Assembly: GCA_017454335.1 (NCBI GenBank)
Contig: JAFTDE010000060.1
Location: forward strand, 13,102-77,101
DNA from: Bacteroidales bacterium
GTDB taxonomy: Bacteria > Bacteroidota > Bacteroidia > Bacteroidales > UBA932
Length of the DNA stretch: 64,000 nt
Direction: 5' to 3'
A program made the position numbers and the translations under genes. Shown here piece after piece: positions 20,492-29,419 of this stretch (position 1 is its first letter; each line of letters begins with the position of its first letter). The notes beneath the pieces were generated by a model. It did no database searches, was not told where the DNA came from, and saw nothing but the letters and a program-made list of their open reading frames with translations.

Positions 20492-21217
20492 ATGAAAAAA
20501 CTATTTGCTATTTTTGCCCTGATCTCCCTGAGCGTCGCTGCGATGGCCCAGTCGAATACGGGCTCTGAATCGGATTCTGAATCGGATTCCTACGCTCCGG
20601 TCAACTCCATTTACGCTTCAGAAGGCGGCGTTTTCAGCGTCGGGCTCCTTTCCCGCATGGGTTACGGATTCTATTTTGTCGATACGCAGGACTATACGCC
20701 GCAGAAATTGGGCAGCGGTGAGTTCTTTGTCAACCTGGTCCAGTTCCATTTCCGTCCGGCCGAGGCATTCGGCGTCGATCTCGGTACGGATTTCATGGTC
20801 CGTCATTTCAACAGTGTCGACGAGGCCTTCTACCAGACTTCAGATGGTTACATCAAGGCCGGCACGAACGTCCTGCCCACCGGTGCCCAGGACATCCACA
20901 GTAACTTCAACACCTTCGGCGTGAATTTCCCGCTGACCCTGAACGCTTACTTCGGCGATTTCAAGGTCGGTGTCGGCGCCGAGCTGGGGCTGAATTTCGC
21001 AGCCGAAACGGAATACCGCTACCGCAACGCCCGCCGTCGCGTTTCCGTGTCGGAAGACAAAGCCAAGGTGAACACCCTGACCTACGATTTCGTCGCCCAG
21101 GTCAGCTACGATTACCTCGGCGTGTTCTTCAAGTTCTATCCGAAGACCATGCACATCCTGCCCAGCCCGAGCGTGGACCAGAGTTTCTTCGCGCTCGGCA
21201 TTCAGATCGGATTCTAG
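20492..21217 (+). CDS. Outer membrane beta-barrel protein
   Basis: Signal peptide MKKLFAIFALISLSVAAMA, amphipathic strands, C-terminal GIQIGF; start moved to 20492. Confidence 0.7.
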   Translation: MKKLFAIFALISLSVAAMAQSNTGSESDSESDSYAPVNSIYASEGGVFSVGLLSRMGYGFYFVDTQDYTPQKLGSGEFFVNLVQFHFRPAEAFGVDLGTDFMVRHFNSVDEAFYQTSDGYIKAGTNVLPTGAQDIHSNFNTFGVNFPLTLNAYFGDFKVGVGAELGLNFAAETEYRYRNARRRVSVSEDKAKVNTLTYDFVAQVSYDYLGVFFKFYPKTMHILPSPSVDQSFFALGIQIGF

Positions 21218-21224
21218 AAACGGA

Positions 21225-22796
21225 TCAGCGCCTCAGGTCGTACAGCAGGAACACCCCGGATTGCGCATAAGGCGTGTACGGGGCCAGTGCTTCGGCCAGG
21301 GAAGGCGATTCCTGCAATGCCTTGTCCCGGATGACGAGTATTCCGTCGTCCGGGATTTCTGCTGCCAGTTCGTCGTAGTCCCGCCCGTAATCGCGGGTGA
21401 CGTCCCGGCCCAGGTAGACGTCGATGCTGGAAGGGCGGTACACACGTGCCGTGTAGATCTTTGCATCCTCGGGGATCTTGCTGCAGAAGTCGCGGTAGCC
21501 CACATAAGGATTCAGGTCCCGCATCAGGAAGAGGCAGATGGTGAACTGCAGGGCCAGCATGCCGCCCGCCAGGCAGAAGACGGAGCGGGGCCATTCGCGG
21601 CGGGCGAGCAGCAGCGCGGCCAGGCTGCCCCCGGCGAGCAGCAAGCCGCCGGCCACAACCGCAGGATGGTAGATGAATCCATAGGCGTCGAACGCCGGAA
21701 TCCGGACCAGCCGCAGCGCGATGGCAACGGTCCCCAGGCCCAGCAGGATGCCCAGGAAAGCGGGAATGATCAGGCCCCATTGCCACCAGGGCCGCCAGGA
21801 AGAGCGCTTGAGCACCAGCGGTACGGTATAGACGGCGAAGGGGATCAGCGGTACCAGATAGATGGGCAGTTTGGACTTGGAGAGGCTCATCAGCACGAAT
21901 CCGGCCACCATCGCGATGGCGAGGATCCGTTCGTCTTCCGTGCTTTTTTCAGGCCGCAGGAACGAAGCGACGACCGCCGGAATGGCCAGCAGGCTGTACG
22001 GGCTGATGACTTCCCAGATGACGGGCAGGAAGAACCACCAGGGCTGCTGGTGGTCGAAGGCCTGGACGACGCGTCCGTAGGTCTGGTGGACCAGCAGATT
22101 GCGCAGGTACGGGGTTCCGCCTTCGATCCAGATGCCGCCGAACCAGAAGAGGCAGCCCGCCAGGGCGACGACAAGGAAGCGCCAGCCGATGAAGTGCCGC
22201 AGCCGGCGTCCCTGGCGCTGGACCAGGCACAGTACCAGCACCGTAAAGACCGGTATCAGCCCGGCCAGGCCCTTGGTGAATACGGCCAGGAAGGTGAAAA
22301 CGGAGAAGGCCCAGGGCTTTTCCTCCCGGAACGCATACAGGGCCAGCACGATGAACATGGCCATCAGCGTGTCCATCCGGATGAAGAAGCAGAGTTCCAG
22401 GAAGAGTCCGGACGTAGCCAGCATCGTCGCCGCTCCCAGGCGTTCCCGCAGGCTGAAACGGCCCGGAAGGGCCTTGCACAGCCATCTGTCCATCGTATCC
22501 ACGATGATGCAGGCGGGCAGGAAGGCCAGCATGCACAGCAGCGGCATGCTGTGTTTCCCGGCGATCAGGCGGCAGAGCATCACCAGCCACAGGTAGAGCG
22601 GCGGTTTGTCGGCATAGGGGACGCCCTGGTCCGACATCACGAAGAAATGCCCGCTGGCGATCGCTTCGTCCGCGATGCTCAGGTAGCGCAGCTCATTGGC
22701 CGCCGAGAAGTCCCGCATGAAAGCCATCGGGGCCAGGGCGGCGAATACGGCCAGCATGACCAGCCAGGCCGGGTGTTCATGCAGGATCTTTTTCAT
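21225..22796 (-). CDS. ArnT/PMT_2-like lipid-carrier-dependent glycosyltransferase
   Basis: ELRY, YADKPPLYLW, RMD, TKG, HQQPWWFF and KSKLPIYL motifs; multi-TM. Confidence 0.85.
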   Translation of the reverse strand: MKKILHEHPAWLVMLAVFAALAPMAFMRDFSAANELRYLSIADEAIASGHFFVMSDQGVPYADKPPLYLWLVMLCRLIAGKHSMPLLCMLAFLPACIIVDTMDRWLCKALPGRFSLRERLGAATMLATSGLFLELCFFIRMDTLMAMFIVLALYAFREEKPWAFSVFTFLAVFTKGLAGLIPVFTVLVLCLVQRQGRRLRHFIGWRFLVVALAGCLFWFGGIWIEGGTPYLRNLLVHQTYGRVVQAFDHQQPWWFFLPVIWEVISPYSLLAIPAVVASFLRPEKSTEDERILAIAMVAGFVLMSLSKSKLPIYLVPLIPFAVYTVPLVLKRSSWRPWWQWGLIIPAFLGILLGLGTVAIALRLVRIPAFDAYGFIYHPAVVAGGLLLAGGSLAALLLARREWPRSVFCLAGGMLALQFTICLFLMRDLNPYVGYRDFCSKIPEDAKIYTARVYRPSSIDVYLGRDVTRDYGRDYDELAAEIPDDGILVIRDKALQESPSLAEALAPYTPYAQSGVFLLYDLRR

Positions 22797-23415
22797 GGCG
22801 CGGGGTCAGCAGGATGATGATGTTCCGGATGGATGCGACGATGCCGATCTGGCCCAGGACCAGCACCCAGTCGTGCCGGATGATGCCGTACACGATGATC
22901 ATCAGCGACCCGAGGGTGGCGATGATCCAGAACATCAGCGGCATCAGGGACTCCTGGTGCCGGATGCTGTGCACAAGCTGGTACACGAAGCGCATCTTGA
23001 AGATGAACTGGCCGGCGCTGCCGAAGAGCAACAGTCCCAGCGGCACGTCTGCGTTCTGCAGGAATTCGGTCCGGAAATCGGCCGGATGCCGGAGCACGGC
23101 CGCCAGGACCAGCAGCGGGATCACCGCCTGGATGATGGGAACGGAACGCGGGATCCGGGCGTACACGCCCTTGGCCTTGAGGTTCCACATGTAGATGTAG
23201 TAGGCCAGGAACTCGCCGAAGAGGATGGAAAAGTCCTTCCGGAGCCATCCGTACAGGAAGAGGAGGGTGGATCCGGCGATGCTGAACAGCCAGTACAGGG
23301 TCGGGGACGGGGAGGTATGGGTCTTCTCGGCGCGGTACCACTGGATCAGTACCCGGCCCGTATAGAAGACCTGGGCCGCGAGGCCGATGGCGTATATCCA
23401 GAAAGGGCTGTCCAT
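22777..23415 (-). CDS. Lipid A biosynthesis N-terminal (LAB_N) duplicated-domain membrane protein
   Basis: Two repeats of G..AQ..F..R...Q....E...S..P..W..S..G. Confidence 0.82.
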   Translation of the reverse strand: MDSPFWIYAIGLAAQVFYTGRVLIQWYRAEKTHTSPSPTLYWLFSIAGSTLLFLYGWLRKDFSILFGEFLAYYIYMWNLKAKGVYARIPRSVPIIQAVIPLLVLAAVLRHPADFRTEFLQNADVPLGLLLFGSAGQFIFKMRFVYQLVHSIRHQESLMPLMFWIIATLGSLMIIVYGIIRHDWVLVLGQIGIVASIRNIIILLTPRHEKDPA

Positions 23416-24149
23416 CAGGCTTGCAGGTTCTGGGATGAAACGCTGTAGCGGATGCGGCGGGAGCGCATCCAGCGGAAGGCAAAGCAGTCGACGAAGCCGG
23501 TCCAGGCCCGGTTCAGCAGGCCGTATTTGGACTTGCCGGCCACGCGCGGCCGGTGGGCGACGTCCACTTCGAAATAGCTGCCGCCCTGCATCCGCACAAG
23601 GGCGGGGAAGAAGCGGTGCATGCCCCGGAACATGGGGAGAGCCTGGGCGCAGGAGGTCTGGAAGAGCTTGAGCGGACAGCAGGTGTCGCGGGCTCCGTCG
23701 CCGGTCATCATGCGCCGCCAGGCATTGGCGATGCGGGACTGGACTTTCTTCCAGGCGCTGTCCTGCCGCGCGCTGCGTACGCCGGTCACCAGTTCATGGG
23801 TGCCGATGTGGGGCAGCAGGAGATTGATGTCCTCGGGATCCGTCTGCAGGTCTGCATCCAGGTAGGCCAGCAGCGGGGAAGCGCAGGCGTCGAATCCGGC
23901 CTTGAGCGCGGTGCTCAGGCCCCGGTTCTCCGCCAGTTCGAGGTAGAGGAAGTCGGGATGGGATCCACAGGCCTCCCGCAGCAGGGGAGCGCTTCCGTCC
24001 GTCGATCCGTCGTTGACGAACAGCACGCAGGCCTTCCGGTTGCATTCGGGCAGGAAGGCCGCCAGGCGCGAAACCAGACGCGCGATGTTGTCCTCCTCGT
24101 TGTAGAGGGGAACGATGATCGTCAGGTCGTAGGCGGCTGTTCTGTTCAT
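23415..24149 (-). CDS. ArnC/DPM-like GT2 (polyprenol-phosphate glycosyltransferase)
   Basis: IIVPLYNEEDNI, VNDGSTDGS, LDADLQTDP and HRPRVAGKSKY motifs; start placed at 24149. Confidence 0.88.
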   Translation of the reverse strand: MNRTAAYDLTIIVPLYNEEDNIARLVSRLAAFLPECNRKACVLFVNDGSTDGSAPLLREACGSHPDFLYLELAENRGLSTALKAGFDACASPLLAYLDADLQTDPEDINLLLPHIGTHELVTGVRSARQDSAWKKVQSRIANAWRRMMTGDGARDTCCPLKLFQTSCAQALPMFRGMHRFFPALVRMQGGSYFEVDVAHRPRVAGKSKYGLLNRAWTGFVDCFAFRWMRSRRIRYSVSSQNLQA

Positions 24150-24191
24150 ATTCTTACAAATATAGGAGATTTTTAGTAAATTGCAGCCGAA

Positions 24192-25316
24192 ATGCAGGAC
24201 AGAAAGACATACCTCAAAACCATATTGGCCATCTCCGGAATCGCCTTTCTGCTGGCCGTCGTACTGACCGTCCATGCCCTTTCCGGGGCCGGACTGATCG
24301 GCTGCGGGGCCGGTTCGTCCTGCGATCTGGTGACCCGAAGCAAGTGGTCCCTGCTGTTCGGGGTCATTCCCGTCAGTGCGCTGGGAGCCGCCCTGCATGC
24401 GGCGGTGCTGGTGTGCGCCGGCCTGCTGCTGCGCAAACCCGCCCGCGCCCTGAACATCCTGCTGTGCCTGCTGGCCCATGCGGCCTTCGTGGTGGCGGTC
24501 TGGATGGTGATCCTGCAGGGTTTCTTCATCCATGCATTCTGCCCTTTCTGCATGACGGAGCATATCCTCGGCGGTGTTCTGCTGGCGATCGTGATCCTGT
24601 ACCTGCTGCGTCTCGGGACGGAAGGAAGGCTGGCCCTGATCGACGGATCCCGGGCTGGTGCGGGCCTGGCCGCCCTCTTCATCGCCGTCCAGTTGCTGAC
24701 CACACCTTCCGTGCGCAGCCAGCAGGGGCGCGGCGAACAGCTCCTGCCCGTTCCGGACCCGGTGGCGAGTCCTTCCGTCGGTCCGGTGGACGCCGCCCGC
24801 CGGATCGCCCTGCTGTACGATTACCAATGCCCGCACTGCCGGGTCATCCACGGGATGCTGGAGGAAGTGGCGGCGCATTACGGGGGCGAAGTGGTCTTCG
24901 TGCTGTGCCCGACCCCGCTCAGCCAGCAGTGCAATCCCTACCTCCCGGGCGGGGAAGACCGTTTTGAGGGATCCTGCGCCCTGGCCCGGCAGGCCCTGGG
25001 CCTGTGGAACATCGATCCGGCACTGTTCGCCGACTTCGACGCCTGGCTGTTCGATGCGGAAGCGTCCGGCCGCTGGCGTCCCCGCACGGTGCAGGATGCC
25101 GCACAATATGCCGCCCGGCTGGCTGCCGGCCGCCGTCCGGACGAGGCGTGGATGGAGGGATACCTGAAGAAGTGCCTGGAACTGTTCGGACGCACTTCCA
25201 TCCAGGGAAAGGGCGGAATCCCGCGCCTGGTGTACGGATCGTCCTGGGTCATCCCGGAAGTGGACGATGCGGCCGGACTGATCCGGATTGTCGATGAATT
25301 GATTCAAGAACCATGA
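24192..25316 (+). CDS. VKOR family protein fused to a DsbA/thioredoxin domain
   Basis: VKOR loop cysteines CGAGSSC and CPFC, followed by thioredoxin DYQCPHC and cis-Pro-like GIPR. Confidence 0.85.
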   Translation: MQDRKTYLKTILAISGIAFLLAVVLTVHALSGAGLIGCGAGSSCDLVTRSKWSLLFGVIPVSALGAALHAAVLVCAGLLLRKPARALNILLCLLAHAAFVVAVWMVILQGFFIHAFCPFCMTEHILGGVLLAIVILYLLRLGTEGRLALIDGSRAGAGLAALFIAVQLLTTPSVRSQQGRGEQLLPVPDPVASPSVGPVDAARRIALLYDYQCPHCRVIHGMLEEVAAHYGGEVVFVLCPTPLSQQCNPYLPGGEDRFEGSCALARQALGLWNIDPALFADFDAWLFDAEASGRWRPRTVQDAAQYAARLAAGRRPDEAWMEGYLKKCLELFGRTSIQGKGGIPRLVYGSSWVIPEVDDAAGLIRIVDELIQEP

Positions 25317-26452
25317 TTTGTATCTATACCCTGACTTCTCCCTTGCACGACGAACAGGCCGTGCGTGGCGTGACGGAAGCGTTCCTCGGCGGACTCGGCG
25401 TCCCGTATTGCATGAAGGGCGCGGATTTCAGCGATTTCGGCGCGGACGGCCCCGCATTCATCTTTGTGCGGACCGGCGGAACGGAGAGCCTGTTCGTCCG
25501 GCTGCTGCCGTCCCTGCCTGCCGATGCGCCGCTGTACCTGCTCGCCTCGGGCAAGAGCAATTCTTTGCCGGCCGCCATGGAAATCCTTTCCTACCTGAAT
25601 GCCCGGGGCCGTTCCGGCGAAATCCTGCACGGCAGCAGTGCGCATATCGCTGCGCGGATGCGGGAGATCGAACGGGTCGATGCGGCGCGGCGCAAGCTGC
25701 GCGGCATGCGGCTGGGCGTGATCGGGAAGCCCTCCGACTGGCTGATCGCCAGCCAGGCCGACCCCGAGGCCATCCGGAAGAAACTGGGGATGGAGCTGGT
25801 GGATATTCCGATGGAGGAACTCCTGGCGTCCATGAAGCCGCTTCCCGCCGGGGCGGACGCCGAAGCAGGGGCCCTGCGGATTTACGATGCGCTGAAGGAA
25901 CTGGTCGCGCGCTATGCCCTGGGCGGCCTGACCCTGCGCTGCTTCGATCTGCTGGGGACGGTGCACAATACGGGCTGCCTGGCGCTGGCCAGACTGAACG
26001 AAGAGGGGATTGTGGCCAGCTGCGAGGGAGATGTGCCGGCCCTGCTGTCCATGTGCCTGTCCCGGGCCCTGACGGGGGTCTCCGGATTCCAGGCCAATCC
26101 CTCGCGCATCGATCCCGAACGCGGCGAGGTGATCTTTGCCCACTGCACCGTGCCGCTGGACATGGTGGATTCGTACTGTTTCGACACCCACTACGAGTCC
26201 GGCATCGGCATCGGGATCCGCGGCAAACTCCCCGCCGGGGATGTCACGGTTTTCAAGCTGTCCGGTGACCTGAAGCGCTGCTTCGCCGCGGAAGGCGTGA
26301 TCCTGCGGAACCTGGAAGAGAAAGACCTGTGCCGCACCCAGGTCCTGTTGCGCCTGCCCGATACCGGCTATTTCCTTTCGGATCCCATCGGGAACCACCA
26401 CATCGTCGTCCCCGGCCACTGCGCCGACTTGCTGAAAAAAATCGTTTTCTGA
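25313..26452 (+). CDS. L-fucose/L-arabinose isomerase-like protein
   Basis: TLRCFD, GCLALA, SCEGD, AHCTVP, CRTQ and GNHH motifs. Confidence 0.7.
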   Translation: MICIYTLTSPLHDEQAVRGVTEAFLGGLGVPYCMKGADFSDFGADGPAFIFVRTGGTESLFVRLLPSLPADAPLYLLASGKSNSLPAAMEILSYLNARGRSGEILHGSSAHIAARMREIERVDAARRKLRGMRLGVIGKPSDWLIASQADPEAIRKKLGMELVDIPMEELLASMKPLPAGADAEAGALRIYDALKELVARYALGGLTLRCFDLLGTVHNTGCLALARLNEEGIVASCEGDVPALLSMCLSRALTGVSGFQANPSRIDPERGEVIFAHCTVPLDMVDSYCFDTHYESGIGIGIRGKLPAGDVTVFKLSGDLKRCFAAEGVILRNLEEKDLCRTQVLLRLPDTGYFLSDPIGNHHIVVPGHCADLLKKIVF

Positions 26453-26453
26453 T

Positions 26454-27464
26454 ATGTCCCTGTCCAAGAAAAAAGCCACCGGAACGGTCTGGATCGTCGC
26501 CTGCCTGATCCTGATCGGGCTGAATGTCGCCTTCTTTGCCCTGACCCCGCACCTGCTGTCCGGGATCGCCGTCATCCTGTCCAATGTGATCACGCTGCTG
26601 CTGGCGGCCCTGGCCGTCAAGCCCCTGAACAACCTGCTGGAAGCCTCGCTGCTGGACCGGCAGAAGGAACTGGTCGAGAAGCTGGAGAAGGACCGGGAAC
26701 TGGAGAACAAGGTCCGGACGCTGGAGCTGGAAAACCGCACGCTTGCCGACAAGCTGGATACCCGTTCGCAGACGGGCGTGCTGCCCGCGAATGTGGACTA
26801 TACCTTCAAGCTGGAGCAGATGGAATACGCCAAGCAGGGCTACGTCGTCAAGGAAGAGGACCTCGCCGCCCTGGACCTGGAGAAGTTCGACATCCCGCAG
26901 AAGCGCCTGGAATCCTTCCTGGAGGAGAATTTCAAGAAGGAACCCAGCATCCGCAAGATCCTCTACATCCACAAATACTACTACAAGGTGACGCTCGGCA
27001 TCGATTTCGGCGAGATCCTGTATGCCTATGACGACGACCGTATCCTGTTCAACGGCGTGGAGTTCCGCAAGCTGCACGACATCAGCAGCGAGATGATTCC
27101 CGAAGGGCGGGACATCGAGCGCTGCGACATCCTGCGCACCAGCGGAGACCGGACGGAGATCCGTCACGACAAGGATTACGAAGCTTTCAAGAGCCAGTAC
27201 CGCGCCGTCCAGGCCGCCGAGGTCCAGCAGAGTATGGAGGATGAGGTGAATGCGTTGTGCAGGCAGTACACGGCCGCCATGCACGATATCATCCGCGAAC
27301 GTTTCGCGGGCCGGGTCGATTTCGTGCCGGAGATCGACCGCGACCGCAACTGGTATGCCCTGAAGGTCAGCCAGGACGTCAATGTCAAGGAAATCGCCGC
27401 GAACATGCTGATGCTGTCCGCCCTGATGAACCGGACGCCCGGCCTCGCCGCGATCGAACCCTAG
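26454..27464 (+). CDS. Hypothetical membrane-anchored coiled-coil protein
   Basis: Two N-terminal TM helices, a charged heptad region and native codon usage; family not recognised. Confidence 0.7.
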   Translation: MSLSKKKATGTVWIVACLILIGLNVAFFALTPHLLSGIAVILSNVITLLLAALAVKPLNNLLEASLLDRQKELVEKLEKDRELENKVRTLELENRTLADKLDTRSQTGVLPANVDYTFKLEQMEYAKQGYVVKEEDLAALDLEKFDIPQKRLESFLEENFKKEPSIRKILYIHKYYYKVTLGIDFGEILYAYDDDRILFNGVEFRKLHDISSEMIPEGRDIERCDILRTSGDRTEIRHDKDYEAFKSQYRAVQAAEVQQSMEDEVNALCRQYTAAMHDIIRERFAGRVDFVPEIDRDRNWYALKVSQDVNVKEIAANMLMLSALMNRTPGLAAIEP

Positions 27465-28828
27465 TAATAGCGATAGAACAGCGCGATCGATTCCATCCCC
27501 GCAAAGAACTGCCGCAGCAGGAAGCTCTCGTTCGGGGAGTGGATGGTGTCGCGTTCCAGACCGAATCCCATCAGCAGCGGATCGATGCCCAGGATGCGCT
27601 GCATGTCGGCCAGAATGGCGATGGAGCCGCCTCCCCGGGCCGGAACCGGTTCGGTTCCGTAAACCTCCGCCATGGCCCTGGAAGCGGCCTTGTAAGCCGG
27701 GGAACTGAGCGGGATCAGGAATCCGTCGCCGCCTTCGCACGGCGTGACGCTGACCTTGACGCAGGCGGGGGCGATCGCCTTGAAATGACGTTCGAACAGC
27801 TGCGTGATTTCCTTCGAAGTCTGCCAGGGGACCAGGCGCATGGAGATTTTGGCGTGTGCGGTGGAGGGCAGCACGGTCTTGGCGCCCGGACCGGTATAAC
27901 CGCCCCAGATGCCGCAGACGTCCAGGCAGGGCCGGATGGCCGTGCGCTCCAGGGTCGTGTAGCCCTTTTCGCCCCGGACGTCGGCGATGTCCAGGAAAGC
28001 CTTGTATTCCTCCATGTCGAAGGGCGCCCGCGCGAGCATGGCGCGGTCTTCGGCCGACAGTTCCACCACTTTGTCGTAGAATCCGGGTATGGCGACACGT
28101 CCGTCCGCGTCGTGCAGCGAAGCGATCATCTCGCTCAGCACATGGATCGGATTGGCAACGGCGCCGCCGTAATGGCCGGAATGCAGGTCCTTGTTGGGGC
28201 CGGTGACGCAGACTTCGAGGTAGGCGAGTCCGCGCATGCCGCAGTTGATCGAGGGAACCTTGTCGGAGATCATCGTCGTGTCGGAAACCAGGATGACGTC
28301 GGCGGCCAGCAGGTCCCGGTTCGCTTCGACCCAGGCGGGCAGGGACGGACTGCCGATTTCTTCCTCGCCCTCGAAAATGAATTTCACGTTGTGGGCGAGC
28401 TGTCCGGTGGCGCAGAGGTATTCCAGCGCCTTGATGTGCATGAACAGCTGGCCCTTGTCGTCGTTGGCGCCCCGTGAGTAGATGGCTTCCCCGCCCGTCG
28501 CGGGGTCGCGGGCGATGACGGGCTCGAAGGGATCGGTACGCCATTTCTCCAGGGGTTCGACGGGCTGGACGTCATAATGTCCGTACACCAGCACGGTCTT
28601 GCTGGCCCCGATGTCCTTGTATCCGTAAACGACGGGATGCCCGGCCGTCCCGAAGACCTCCGCGCTGTCCGCACCGGCCTGGGTCAGCAGGGTGCAGAGC
28701 TGGCGGGCGCAGCGGTACATGTCCTCGCGGTGGGCGGGCTGGGCGCTGACCGAAGGGATGCGCAAAAGGGTGAACAGTTCGTCGAAAAAGCGCTCGCGAT
28801 GCTGCGCGATGTAGTCTTTCATGCTCAT
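27461..28828 (-). CDS. M20 family dipeptidase
   Basis: YGHYDVQP, RGANDDKG, EGEEEIGS, DLHSG and IHSPNE motifs. Confidence 0.92.
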   Translation of the reverse strand: MSMKDYIAQHRERFFDELFTLLRIPSVSAQPAHREDMYRCARQLCTLLTQAGADSAEVFGTAGHPVVYGYKDIGASKTVLVYGHYDVQPVEPLEKWRTDPFEPVIARDPATGGEAIYSRGANDDKGQLFMHIKALEYLCATGQLAHNVKFIFEGEEEIGSPSLPAWVEANRDLLAADVILVSDTTMISDKVPSINCGMRGLAYLEVCVTGPNKDLHSGHYGGAVANPIHVLSEMIASLHDADGRVAIPGFYDKVVELSAEDRAMLARAPFDMEEYKAFLDIADVRGEKGYTTLERTAIRPCLDVCGIWGGYTGPGAKTVLPSTAHAKISMRLVPWQTSKEITQLFERHFKAIAPACVKVSVTPCEGGDGFLIPLSSPAYKAASRAMAEVYGTEPVPARGGGSIAILADMQRILGIDPLLMGFGLERDTIHSPNESFLLRQFFAGMESIALFYRYY

Positions 28829-29343
28829 TTCAGATTGGATTTGCGGGCCAGTTCAAACAGTTTCGGGTTCAGGTGGCAGTATCCCTGCGGATTCTTGTCC
28901 AGGTAGTCCTGGTGGTAGTCTTCGGCCCGGAAGAAATTGCGCAGCGGCAGCAGTTCCACCACCATGGGGCTGTCGTACTTCCGCTGCTGGCGGTCGAATT
29001 CTTCCCGGAGCACGGGCAGGGCGTCGGAATCACCGGCCGGATAGTACACGCCGGTACGGTAGCGGGTCCCGACGTCTTCTCCCTGGCGGTTCAGGCTGAG
29101 CGGATCCACGGCTTCGAAGAAGAGGGAGGTCAGCAGCTGCAGGGAAACGGTCTGCGGATCGTACTGCACGTGGACGCATTCGGCATAGCCGGTCGTGTCC
29201 GTGTAAACCTGCTTGTATGTGGGATTTTCGGTGTTTCCGTTGGCGAAGCCCACTTCGGTGGACAGCACGCCGCGGACCTGCTTGAAGAATTTCTCTGCGC
29301 CCCAGAAGCATCCGGCGGCGAAATAGATATCATGAGGAGTCAT
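28825..29343 (-). CDS. msrA: Peptide-methionine (S)-S-oxide reductase
   Basis: AAGCFWGAE, NRQGEDVGTRYR and AEDYHQDYL..NPQGYCH motifs; start placed at 29343. Confidence 0.92.
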   Translation of the reverse strand: MTPHDIYFAAGCFWGAEKFFKQVRGVLSTEVGFANGNTENPTYKQVYTDTTGYAECVHVQYDPQTVSLQLLTSLFFEAVDPLSLNRQGEDVGTRYRTGVYYPAGDSDALPVLREEFDRQQRKYDSPMVVELLPLRNFFRAEDYHQDYLDKNPQGYCHLNPKLFELARKSNLK

Positions 29344-29419
29344 GCACAAAAATACAATTATTCGGCGGTATTTCGGCAAAAATAGAATATTTTTGTAGGA
29401 TGTTACGAAAACGTACGCT

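Noticed and set aside
20564-20590. Short tandem repeat of TCTGAATCGGAT
   Set aside because: About two copies encoding an SESD linker; in frame, not CRISPR-like or phase-variable.
24150-25307. 630-aa version of the GT2 ORF
   Set aside because: The extension is the antisense of the VKOR gene; the GT2 starts at 24149.
26253-28544. 763-aa minus-strand ORF
   Set aside because: Alternate frame of the dipeptidase plus antisense of the 26454 gene; low-complexity Arg/Gly/Pro composition.
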